Shown in pieces: positions 49,019-59,955 of a stretch of DNA of 64,000 nucleotides; the stretch's first letter is position 1; each line of letters starts with the position of its first letter. A program made the position numbers and the translations under genes. Origin of the DNA: Epithemia pelagica. Lineage: Eukaryota; Protista; Bacillariophyta. The notes under the pieces were generated by a model that saw only the letters and a program-made list of their open reading frames with translations, was not told the DNA's origin and did no database searches. Location of the stretch: assembly GCA_946965045.2 (NCBI GenBank), contig OX337234.1:310001-374000 (forward strand), in the 5' to 3' direction.

Positions 49019-51752
49019 TGCGTTTTTTGTGGAACAGGTCAAAAATATTGTTCTGCGCTTTCTTTTTGTGGCATCCAGGAACGTTGTGATGTGTGCAGTC
49101 AAGTCAAATTCCAAAGAACAAGATGTGTTTCGACTGACTCTTTCGTTTTTCGTTGCTGTGTTATCTGGAGGTTATAGGTGTTGGCCTTTGTTGTTGTTGA
49201 TAACGACTGATTCGTGCTCGTTCGTCATCGAACACAATTCCATCAATCCACATCCATCATACACGCTGTGTTGGTAGAGTCAGTCGCCGTTTGGAAAGGA
49301 AAGAAGCCGAGATGTTTTGATGGTTGAGAGGGCACACCTCGACGGATCAGACAAGAGGTGCTGATTCGCACTGGATCCCAAGCTGCCATGTCATTGCCTC
49401 GTTAAACAGAATGGATGGATTCCCTTTTTGGGGATAATGTTAGGAAGGCTGCATTTCGGGCGCGTCGCTTCGTAGTATGATTCTGGGCTGACAATCGAAC
49501 CTAGACATTCGGTCCAGGTCCCTACATATCCACAGCTCGGCCACATCCGAAATCCACCACGGTGGCTCCTCAGCGCCGTCAAATAGATCTTCTATGTCCG
49601 CTTCTATGACACAATCAATCAACCACCCCAACAGGGAAATGTTCGCCACCAACGCATCTCCACCATTGTCTTTACCACCACCCTTTGCAAAAACGCTATT
49701 CTTCTTGGGAGCACAATGACGACGACAAAAAGACATGCCCTTGTCTCCTTTATATTACCACAGTCATAATTGCTTCTTCCTCCTCCTCCTTATTTCTTGC
49801 CACTACCCACTTCCGGAAGGGAATCGGCCTCCGATTCCTTTGCTACAATGACATCGTCCATACCATTTGTCCACCATATAGAGAATATGAAATCACCGCT
49901 GTCTTCATCATAAGCAATCTTGCAGGAATCTACCAACCAAGAACATTCGTCTCTGTCCCGTGCAAGGATATTTCTTGGAATGACCGGAGCGCTACTCTGC
50001 AACACTCCTGTCATTGCAAGGAATAAACTTGCACGCATCCAAGTACCGTCGAGTCTGTGCTCGCCGAATACTTGTGTGCACGATGCATAATGGAACCAAA
50101 GGGCCATTCGTTTCTTTTGGCCAAGATCTTGTTGTTGTGGTTGTTGTACATCCGTGAATATAGCAGCACGATGACTCTTGAATGGTAGTGCCTCGTCCAG
50201 TGATTGTGAATGTGGTAGCTTGCCGGAAGATGCAGTACTTTGTGGGACAACGGCCCGTTCTGTCTCGTTCTACGAAGCACAATGACCCGGTCCATCCAAC
50301 CCTGCCTAGTTTGACACGCGGATGAATAACACAAGTGATGCGGATGGGTAAAATAAAAGTTGACCCTCATTTTTGCACACACGACGACAGGACCAAACGT
50401 CCTACAAACAGAAGCAGCAATAACCATCAACACAACCAAACAGAAAAACGGAATCACCAATATCACAACACACGGATACACCCTGTCCGACAGCGGACAG
50501 CTTCGCACACCGCCATTGCCAATTATTTGTCTTGCTGTTTTTCCTAGTCCGCACCGGAAACGAGAGGACAGACAAAAACCATCCGCGCGTGATCATCATC
50601 ACGCCGGGTCGCGCATGGCGGAGGAGTGTCGGGCGCGCAGCGGCTCACAAAATTCCAAAAAATTACCATTCCAAACAGGACACAAGACAAAGCAGGAGAA
50701 GAGGAGTGGGACGAGACTTCAGTGGTACGAATGTCAGGACAACGATAACAACAACAACAGCAGCAGCAGCAGCAGCAGCAGCAACCACCACCCAGAGGGT
50801 CTCGTACTGCCAATGCCAACACAACCATCATTCAAGTGCTGGAACCGACCTATGCGGATACCACTGCACCCATTCCTCCCACAACACCAACAAAAATACC
50901 CACCCAGAACAACAACGACGAGACGAGGCGTTCTTCTTTTTGTGGAAGATGTCCAAGGGGAATTGTGGAATCTGAAGGCTACACCAGAACAAGAAGAGGA
51001 ACCACCATCCGAACCAATCATTCAAACTCCAAACGTTGATTCGTCATGATGCAACAACGGGCGCAATGGAATCGACGACAACCACCACCACCACCCATTG
51101 TAGATAGAAGTAGCGCCACTGAGCCGTCGTCCCCATGGTCCTAGGAGCCACACCCTGGGACATGCTGAAGGTCCTTCCGTCTGCTCCAACAGCAACCGCA
51201 ATATAGGGAATTTTCAACCACAAGGAGAGAATGCGTCATGATCCCATATGGTCCCCGGTCGACCACCAGAACATGCACAATTTGATTACTCCGTTTCATT
51301 TTGGTTGTTCGGGTACCAGCGAGTCAAGAATCCTCCCATCTCCAAACAACATGGATTCGACTTCCTATAACCTTTCCGCATTCACCAACACCAGAACTTC
51401 ACAGTGAGATAGGGCATAAAGGTCGTTGTACAGGATTTGTGGGTGGACTAAGCTAAAAGCCAAAGGATATTATTTAGCACTAGCTCTAGCAGTAAGATGA
51501 ATCTCTATACACCATGGGAGACGGAACGATATCACAGTTTCTCGACCTAAACGGAAAACCAAATGACCGACGTCGGTCCATACTGTCTTTGGCAAATCCT
51601 ATACAGACACCACTCTCAATCTCTGCTGCCAGAACACAGAGACCACATCTAGGATGGGAAACAAACGAACCAAAACACGACAGTCAATTCCTACCCCGTC
51701 AACACAGAACCTCTTGACACAGGGGCCGCATCAACAAGAGTGTATTGTGCTG

Positions 51753-52895
51753 CTAGGTTGGAACTTTGCCGATCTCGAACAAACGTGCAAAGAGCCAACT
51801 CTTCTTATCCAAAAGTGACAGTATTTCACATGAAAACTCTTCTCCACTACTGTGACTAATCACAGCAAGAGTATTCGACAAAGACACCAGGTCACAACCA
51901 CCCCTCCTCTTTGTCAAGTCCGGAAGCTCCCAAACCATGTTTCTAACAGTATCCAAAACCTCCACAGCATAGACGGATTTATAGCTGTCATCGTATCCTC
52001 CTGCAACAACCAGACAGGAACCCACTTGGACTGCAGAAAATCCAGCTCACGACTTGTTCAAAATGAGTTCCTTGTGGACGGTCCAGGACTTTGTGGACAA
52101 TGTGACACTGGATGTGGCAGTGGGAGCATCCAACCAGTCATCAAACTCCAGGTATTCGACCGATTCTTGGCAACAAAGGGGGTATATACTCCCACACCCA
52201 CCCAAAGCATAGATGCGTGAACCTACCACAGCCATGGCAAAATCGCTTCGACCTTCTTTCAACGATGGTCCAGATGCGACCAAACATGGGTTCCCAAATG
52301 CCGCGTCCAAGATATCAACGGATGATAAGCAATTGTCGTAACAAGAAATGCATCCGCTCGCCACCACAATAAATCTGTCAGAAACAGCGACAGCGGCGCA
52401 GCCAACTCGTTTACTCGTCAATCGACAATTCAACATCTTCCATCCATTGGAGCTGTTCCTGGAAGATAACGAGGATGATGAAGGAAGTAACTCGCTGACA
52501 TGGATACGTTCAATAGTATCCAAGGCAGTGTGGCCGTTGTATCCACCAATGGCGTAAACAGCGCCATTGCATACCACGGAAGCAAGATTTCTTCGTTTTT
52601 CTTGTAAAGGCGGTCCAGTTTGCCATCTTGAATCGCCAACGTTCCAGAGACTAACCAAATTCGTAGGACCATCAGAAGAAGGTTCCGGCCATCCTCCCAA
52701 CAAAACCACCATCTTGTCGCGGTTCATGGCTGGATGATGAACAAGAACCGACGCATGGCCCCACACATGCCGCCCCATGAGTGGAGTCCAATTATCGCTA
52801 GATGGCCTCCACTGTGGTTCTATTTCGTCCTTTCTGTCGGCAAAGACCAATCCTGACAACGAAGCTTGTTCCTGGATCTTCATCCTTGTTGACAT
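51753..52895 (-). pseudogene. Kelch-repeat array copy 11, single nonsense mutation
   Basis: TGA at 52049-52047 where paralogues have CGA/CAA (NKSRAGF/NKSQAGF). The frame continues unbroken to the normal C-terminus at 51753. Confidence 0.85.
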
Positions 52896-54142
52896 TGCGT
52901 TTTTTTGTGGAACAGGTCAAAAAGGTCGTTATTCTACGAGAAGCGCTTTCTTTTTTGTGGCATAAAGACACGTTTTGGTGGGTGCACATTGTTCCCTCCA
53001 AGGAACAAGATGTGTTATGGATGTGTTTCGACTGACTGTTTCGTTCTCGTTCCTGGAATCTTGTTGGCGTTGATTACGACTGATTCGTTGTCGTTATCCA
53101 TCGAACACAATTCGACCGATCCAAATCCATCATACATGCTATGCTGGGAAAGAAAGTCGCCGATTGGAAGGGAAAGAAGCGGAGCGTTGAGAAGACACAT
53201 TTCGACGGATCAGACAAGAGGTGCTGATTCGCACTGTATCCCAGGCAGGCGTGACATGTGCTCGTTGAACTGTCCGAATGAGTCGACTGCCTTTTCAGCG
53301 GACAACGGCGCTTGATTCGTCTCCGAGGGCATTTCGGGGGACGACCTGGACCGAACATATCCACAGCTTTGCCACCTCCGAAATCCACCATGATGGCCTT
53401 CTGAGCGCCGTCAAATACATCTTCCATCTCGGTTGCTTCTTCGGCACAATCAATAACCACCCCGACAGGGACATGTTCGCCACCAACGCATCTCGACCAA
53501 CGTCTTTACCACCACCCTTTCCAAAAACACTTTTATTCTTGCTCCCTTTTCCACCACCACAGTCATGATTGCTTCTTCTTTTTCCTCCCTCCTCCTCCTT
53601 CGTTCCAACAGTAGCCAAAACGGTCCTGGGTTACCTTCCAACAAGTGCTAGAATAAGAATGGTTGGCATCGATGCCCTGTAGACTTTCATGATGATGTCC
53701 CGTTTGTTTCACTCTTGTTGGGAAATCTACCTACCAGGTTGTGTTTCACAAGAATAAATGTCTGATGGCTCGTCACCGCAAGTAGTGATTGTCCCTAACG
53801 CCTCGTTCGAAGGGGTCTTGTTGCTTTGTTCATTCAGGTATTGAACATTGGTGCCATCGCCTTCTCAATTCTTTTGCTACAATGATCCATCGTCCATACC
53901 ATTTGTCCACCATATAGAGAATATGCAATCACAGCTCTCGTCGTCATCAGCAATCTTGCAGGTATCTACCAGCCAAGAACACATTCGTCTCTGTCCCGTG
54001 CTGCGCATACCGCCATGGTCATTCGTCATGCATCATTCCGCGTTTTTGTTGCGGTGGGGCGTGGGGAATTGGGGATGCCCCCACCGGATAGGAGGACAGA
54101 CAGACACCAGCCGCATGATCATCACCCTGCCGGCGTGCGCAT

Positions 54143-54156
54143 CAGGGTGTGGAAGT
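54143..54156 (+). repeat. Left TIR of hAT element
   Basis: CAGGGTGTGGAAGT preceded by GTGCGCAT. Confidence 0.95.
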
Positions 54157-54560
54157 TGGAAAATCAGCCATTAGACTTAACTTCCCAACTAATAATTCAT
54201 TAGACAGTTTACTGTGATGCGACTTGTACCCACTAGTTAATGCAACATGTATGATTAACTTAACTTAAACTAATCAAATCACAAAACCACGATACAGAAT
54301 GAACTTGCAACTAATAGTCTAACACGACTAAGGTACTAACTTGACTAGATTAAATATGGTTCCAAAACCTGCAACTTAACTTAGACTAACTTTGAAAGTC
54401 GTAGTTTCTTTTCTGAGTATGCAACTAGACTAAACAAGTCCAAGTTGCAACTTTGCCCCTTGTAATTAAACTTCATCCCTCTGTCACCTCCATAGTTACA
54501 ACTATTAGTTGCAACTTCTTTGTTGTCGTAGTCACAAACAACAACTTTTATTCAGAGGAA
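54157..54560. repeat. AT-rich left subterminal region with repeated AACTT/GACTT/TTGCAACT motifs
   Basis: Many copies of AACTTAAC, (A)GTTGCAACT and AGACT(A/T), including the palindrome AAGTTGCAACTT at 54442-54453. Similar motifs recur at ~60700-61050. Confidence 0.7.
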
Positions 54561-54849
54561 CCATTCACTCTTATCTGTTTCTACGTATTTATTCACACTC
54601 TTCCTGCACATATTTACCAATATCACTCCCAGAGGAGTAGAACGTTCACGACTCACGACAGAGGTTCAACCAACACTCACAACTCACAACTCTTAACCTC
54701 TCAACATTCACCAATCCACTGTCACCTGTCACCTTTACCTCTGTTCCTTTCCATCAACGACACAACCTTCAGTTTTCCTGCCCTTCTCATTTCTCATTGC
54801 CACTATTATTTCCCCATCCTCAACCCCATGCATCTTATATTCAAGTACA

Positions 54850-56691
54850 ATGGAAGCATCAGATGACCGTACCATCAACCTCGATGTGACTTGTCACCAA
54901 GTCATCACTGTGACCCATATTCCAATGTCGTTCATGACCATGATGCTAGAGGACTCAACTTTGTTAACCACTCCCTTGGAAAAGGCGACACAAGACTTGG
55001 CAATGGAGAACATAAAAGATGTGGTGTTGCTGTGGCTTACCCGGTACAATGGAAGTCTGCACTACCAACAAGTCGACTATCCATCCAACACAAGCCACCC
55101 TTGTTTATCTCCCAGTCGCATGTCATTCGAAAGCTTACTGAACACTGTCTGTCGAATAGTGTTTACGGGTCTGTATTCCCAAGAAGATGACTCATTCCAA
55201 GTCACATACGAGATGAACCCCCCCACCGACGACCTCCCCTTCATCTCCATTGAAGGAAAATGCCGACCAATATTTTCTTTGCCTTCCTCCAATGGTCTCA
55301 GAGCTTTTCAAAAATTCAATGCCAATTACCATCAGCAAAACAACTACACTAAACTTTCCGTGGAATGGAATCTTCTAACCTGGATGACCCGACACAATGC
55401 CAGAATCCAGGTTAGAAATTCCTTTGACCTACGGACAGAGTGTCCTATTTGTATTAGTCCAAGCATCGACATCGTTGTTGAGGACATTGTTGCGCATACT
55501 AAGAAGAGCACGAAGGAGGACGACCGTTACTCAATGAAACTGGATACAACAACGTCCCCTCCTCCTATTGATACAAGTCCTCCATCAACTCCAGTTGCCA
55601 AAGCTTCTCAATCTACCATGGGCCCAAATAGCAACAACGCTTCTACTTCTGTCACCCATGAATATTGGGCTTCTTCTCCTGTCATTGATGAATATTGGAC
55701 CAAGCGACAATTTTCCCCCACTGCCCATGTCTTGACTCGGCAAAGAAAAACTGTTCTCTGCCATGCTTTATTGCAATCATGTTCCGCCAAGGAACAGATA
55801 GTCTATGGCGACAGACACATGCCTGGGACACCTGCAATTACCAAACCTGTCATGACCAGAATGTTTCGCCCTTCCATCCCCATTAGAAACCAATCCACAA
55901 TTGATTCCCGGCTGTTTTTACTTGATATTCTTTCCCATTTACGTCGGTATTTCCTTCAGTCTGGTTTGGAAGCCCCCAGAGACACATGGTCCGAATGGAT
56001 TACCAACAATATGTCGGAATATGAAGACTCTGACCCAGCCTTCATGTGTCTCATTGTTATCTTGATGAGCTCGGCCACATCAGATCAAAGTCTCTCTCAA
56101 GTGATCCCTCGCTTATTCCAATCGGGCATCACTAGTGCACAAGGAACAATTGAAGTGTCTACATATTTTGGGATGGATGTTTTCTGTAGTTTGTTTGCAG
56201 AAACAGGACGGTATCGTGTCAATGCGGAACGCATAGTCAACGCCGCGGACTATTTCGTCCAGCGACACAAAGGTCGCATTCCTAAAGACATTTCCCTTAC
56301 TGAGCTTATGACCTTACCTGGAATTGGCCACAAGACGGGAACAATCATTCTACAAACGGCATTTGGCCGGACGGAAGGAATTCCCTCAGATATTCATGTT
56401 ATCCGATCAACTAAGGTTCTCAATTGGACAGAGTCTCATATCAATGACGGCATGGAATGCTCTTTGAACCTTCAATCATGGCTTCCTAAAGAACGATGGG
56501 AGGAAATCAATCCTTTATTTGGTTCTCTAGGACAACTACTTAACAAACCACAGACCAGAAGCAAGTGCCAAGAACAAATGGAGTCTTTTATTGTGGCTCA
56601 CTCTCATGACAAATCCGAATCTAAATCTCCAGCGAATCTTCGCCATCTCAAGTATTTCTTTCTGCAGTTGATAAAAGAATATACTAAATGA
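54850..56691 (+). CDS. Endonuclease III (Nth)-like HhH-GPD DNA glycosylase/AP lyase with a ~390 aa uncharacterised N-terminal region (transposon cargo)
   Basis: FMCLIVILMSSATSDQ; HhH ELMTLPGIGHKTG with catalytic Lys (56332-56334); GIPSDIHVIR with catalytic Asp (56389-56391); WLPKERWEEINPLFGSLGQ. Intact 613 aa single ORF with no C-terminal 4Fe-4S Cys motif. Confidence 0.9.
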   Translation: MEASDDRTINLDVTCHQVITVTHIPMSFMTMMLEDSTLLTTPLEKATQDLAMENIKDVVLLWLTRYNGSLHYQQVDYPSNTSHPCLSPSRMSFESLLNTVCRIVFTGLYSQEDDSFQVTYEMNPPTDDLPFISIEGKCRPIFSLPSSNGLRAFQKFNANYHQQNNYTKLSVEWNLLTWMTRHNARIQVRNSFDLRTECPICISPSIDIVVEDIVAHTKKSTKEDDRYSMKLDTTTSPPPIDTSPPSTPVAKASQSTMGPNSNNASTSVTHEYWASSPVIDEYWTKRQFSPTAHVLTRQRKTVLCHALLQSCSAKEQIVYGDRHMPGTPAITKPVMTRMFRPSIPIRNQSTIDSRLFLLDILSHLRRYFLQSGLEAPRDTWSEWITNNMSEYEDSDPAFMCLIVILMSSATSDQSLSQVIPRLFQSGITSAQGTIEVSTYFGMDVFCSLFAETGRYRVNAERIVNAADYFVQRHKGRIPKDISLTELMTLPGIGHKTGTIILQTAFGRTEGIPSDIHVIRSTKVLNWTESHINDGMECSLNLQSWLPKERWEEINPLFGSLGQLLNKPQTRSKCQEQMESFIVAHSHDKSESKSPANLRHLKYFFLQLIKEYTK

Positions 56692-56793
56692 CTGTCAATA
56701 TATTATATTTACCAAAATGCACTGCGATTATGGATGTATAGTTTCCGTGACGTTTCTTCCATTGTCACCTTCAGTGACGTTCGTGGTCGGAGA

Positions 56794-59700
56794 TCAACTG
56801 GTACCGTCATTGTCCGCACTTGAGACTTCCTTCTCTGCAAGTCTTGGGCTTCTTCTCGTTGGCGAGTCGTTTGGGGTTGGGGGTGGTTTGCGATTGTCTT
56901 TCTTGCGTGGTGTTCTAACCACAGTTCTTGCGAGTGCCTCAGAGAGTGAATTCTGCTTCGTCCGTTTCCTTCCTTTTTGAATAGTTGAAGAGGCTTTACG
57001 TTTCCCACTATCTCCTTTCGTGCCTTCATTGGCATTTGCAACGGGCAGACTAGCAACAGTCTTCTCCAACGCGGTTTGTTGAATGAGTTCATTCTTTCTT
57101 TCCTGGATGGCTTCTTTTAACGCCGTGTCAGAATCTTCCTTGTCTTCGTCATCGTCGTAAGGAGCAACAACTTTTCGATCCAAAGCCTCTAGTTGGTCTT
57201 CATCTCGTTGATCGTCTACCAGATCAACCAATTCGACGTCGTCCCATGTCGCATCGCTCACAACTGTCTTCTTATCAACCTTTTTGACCGACTTGAACTT
57301 GTAACTTGTTTCCGCCTCTATGCCGTGGGCACCAATAGTTCCGGACAGTTCGTAGAGTTCCAGCTTCGACGTTGCTCGTAGTACCGTTTCCATCCGAGTC
57401 ATATCGGATTGTGTCGGTGTGGCTTTTTCCAGTGGGACAACAGGAACTTGTGTTCCTGCTGCCGGGGTGCGTTGTTGTGCGGTCTGTTGTACCTGACTGA
57501 CTTCTTCCCCTTTAGATTCCTGGCTGAGATCTATCACCTTCTTTGCTTGGCGGCCACTGGCTGCCTTTTTTTCGTCGGAGGTCGCGCCTTGTTTGAGTAG
57601 CTCTTCATTCTTGACAATCTCAGAGCGCACCTCCCTTGTAATACTTTCCATAGTGCGCATTTCAAAGTTCTTGTCTAGTTGGCGTCTCATTAAGGGATTC
57701 CTATCCATGAACGACGACCGAGAGAACACGCGTTCCTGGAATGCGTTTGTCGCAGGTTTCGATATCCAAATCAAGGCACTAGGAAAGAGTTTGGGGAATA
57801 GCATCTTGTTGTCGGACCACCATTTCAAGACGTCAAAATATTTCCCAACGACATGGAAATAGTGTTCCGTACAGGCCAACTTGAATTCTTGTTGTTTTTC
57901 AGGGTTCCACGAACCAGATAGTTTCAGAAATGCGGCAGTGGGATACTGGCGAATCAAGTCCTCCCAGGATCCATGGACAACGTTCTCGCAAAATTCGAGA
58001 TAGCGTCCGAACTGTTCATCACACATCTTGTATAGCTTGGCTCTATCAACTTGGTCATCTGTACTGGTACTTGTCGCCGTCGCCTCCATTAGTGCAGCAT
58101 TTTCTTTCTCCTTGGTGATGCGATGTGTCTTGAAGATGTTAAAGCAGTCCATTACATTCGAGACAGCTTTTGGGACTGAAGACTCTTCCTCTTTGTCCTC
58201 GATGATCTCCACAGGTGTACTTTCCTTTTGTTGTTCACGTTCCTGCTGATTCGACTTGGATTGGGGATTGGTGCCATTCTTCTTTGGCTGCGAGAACTTG
58301 CGGACAATGTCCATCACAAATTCTTTCCGAATCCGTTTAAGACTCTCATCGTCGTAAACATTTATGGTTTTCAGTATGTTGGGACCATAAGATGCAAGGA
58401 AAGGATGTCCACACATGGCGTGTTCAGCGTGGGAGTCATGGCCTTCCTCAATGTAGTTTGTATATTCCACAAGTACTCGCTCGATCAACAATTGACTCTT
58501 TTCTGACAATTTGTCGTATGTTACAATGTCTCGATACGATTGAAGCTTGGCGATGGTGAGACTATCATCCCATGGGCGTGCATTAGGCCCAGTAACAGTC
58601 AACACGGGCACTCCCTTATCTTTCATAACTTCCACACAATGCTTACTGGTGAAGATTTCCAGCAATGAACAAGCCGATGCAGAAGGGTCGTCAACTTGGA
58701 GTGACATGGAGACTTGTTTGAGTGGGGCCAAGATTCCCTCGAATTCGGCCAAGAGCTGCCAGTCCTCTTCAGAGGGATAATGTTTAATGAATTCGTCGTC
58801 CTTGTACTCAAATTGCTCTTTTGCATACATATCCGTTACAAATTTGTTCCGGAATAGGTCATGAAAGGTAATGATGCAGCCTCCAACACGGGTTGTATTT
58901 GGCATAGAGACTTTGATGACCTTCCTCCCATGTTTTAGGGCGTAGGAACGTATCTTTTCAAATCTTTTGGCACGCGAACTCATCATCCATGCTGCAAATT
59001 TGAAGAATTTTCTATAAACAGTCATGAATTCCTCGTTACTGTCCACCACTTCGCCTTTTTTTTTCCGGACTGCCAGACCTGTGGAGTGTTTCAAGATCAG
59101 TTCGGCCCTGTGCATGTCGCACTTGCCGCCTGTCTTATTACCCACTATATACTTTCCAGCCAACACGGCGGAGTTCGTGTTGTCATTCACGGAGGCAGAG
59201 AGGTCTTGTTGCGTAAAGCCGACAGCGTTGAGGATTGATGAGGTGTGGTCGGCTACTTGTTTTGCTGTATGACCCTTTGTTGAGCAAAGGCCAATCGGGA
59301 GTCTGTAAGATTTACAGTTCCGAGGATCGGTGAACATCAAACAAACCCCAAGGACATCCTTGTCATTTCCCTGCCAGATGTCGTGTGTTATCGTAGAAAA
59401 GGCGATGGGTTTGTTGCATAGATCATGGTACGCTTGTCGTACGTTTTCTCCAAGTTCCGTAACGGTCTTGAGAAAATCATTGTAGGACTCCAATCTCATC
59501 CGAGTGATTGCTTTGTTGCTTATGGAACAGTCCTTTTCCTTGAGCTTTGGGGCGTTGGCAATTGCACACTTAAGAAGATCTCTAAACGATTCCTTCTCAA
59601 CAGTTGATGCCGGGAAACCACAGTCATTCACGAACTTATAAATTGACTGATGAAACATTACTCTGGCATCTTGTTTGCTAACCATTGTGCCAGAATACAT

Positions 59701-59940
59701 GGAAATGGGTTGTTGAGTAGGGTCGGTTGCAACAGAGGCAGTATCTTCCACGACTTCGGGGTGGTATTTACCAAAGTGTGTGCTGATGTTGGACGAAAGG
59801 CCTCTGCCAAGACCAAGGAGACATTTGTCGAGACTAACAGTCGGGTCGTTGAAGCAATGTGGACAAACAACAAGCTTCTTTACAATGGAATGATAGCCAT
59901 CGTTCATTTCTTTGTCTTCATCAGAAGCTGACTCTAACAA
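56794..59940 (-). CDS. hAT transposase (BED-type finger, DDE RNase H-like core, hAT dimerisation domain)
   Basis: CPHC...SNISTHFGKYH (BED-type); TITHDIW (D1); SVNDNTNSA (D2); CDMH (CxxH); VLKWWSDNKMLFPKL...PATNAFQERVFS (dimerisation domain, catalytic E). The track start at 59940 is TTG, so the real start is probably upstream. Confidence 0.93.
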   Translation of the reverse strand: MLESASDEDKEMNDGYHSIVKKLVVCPHCFNDPTVSLDKCLLGLGRGLSSNISTHFGKYHPEVVEDTASVATDPTQQPISMYSGTMVSKQDARVMFHQSIYKFVNDCGFPASTVEKESFRDLLKCAIANAPKLKEKDCSISNKAITRMRLESYNDFLKTVTELGENVRQAYHDLCNKPIAFSTITHDIWQGNDKDVLGVCLMFTDPRNCKSYRLPIGLCSTKGHTAKQVADHTSSILNAVGFTQQDLSASVNDNTNSAVLAGKYIVGNKTGGKCDMHRAELILKHSTGLAVRKKKGEVVDSNEEFMTVYRKFFKFAAWMMSSRAKRFEKIRSYALKHGRKVIKVSMPNTTRVGGCIITFHDLFRNKFVTDMYAKEQFEYKDDEFIKHYPSEEDWQLLAEFEGILAPLKQVSMSLQVDDPSASACSLLEIFTSKHCVEVMKDKGVPVLTVTGPNARPWDDSLTIAKLQSYRDIVTYDKLSEKSQLLIERVLVEYTNYIEEGHDSHAEHAMCGHPFLASYGPNILKTINVYDDESLKRIRKEFVMDIVRKFSQPKKNGTNPQSKSNQQEREQQKESTPVEIIEDKEEESSVPKAVSNVMDCFNIFKTHRITKEKENAALMEATATSTSTDDQVDRAKLYKMCDEQFGRYLEFCENVVHGSWEDLIRQYPTAAFLKLSGSWNPEKQQEFKLACTEHYFHVVGKYFDVLKWWSDNKMLFPKLFPSALIWISKPATNAFQERVFSRSSFMDRNPLMRRQLDKNFEMRTMESITREVRSEIVKNEELLKQGATSDEKKAASGRQAKKVIDLSQESKGEEVSQVQQTAQQRTPAAGTQVPVVPLEKATPTQSDMTRMETVLRATSKLELYELSGTIGAHGIEAETSYKFKSVKKVDKKTVVSDATWDDVELVDLVDDQRDEDQLEALDRKVVAPYDDDEDKEDSDTALKEAIQERKNELIQQTALEKTVASLPVANANEGTKGDSGKRKASSTIQKGRKRTKQNSLSEALARTVVRTPRKKDNRKPPPTPNDSPTRRSPRLAEKEVSSADNDGTS

Positions 59941-59955
59941 TTGCAGACACGAAAA

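Noticed and set aside
54850-56691. Calling the cargo enzyme DEMETER/ROS1 (5mC demethylase)
   Set aside because: It lacks the 4Fe-4S motif and recognisable DME C-terminal domains, and its DIHV motif is Nth-like. 5mC activity is only a hypothesis.
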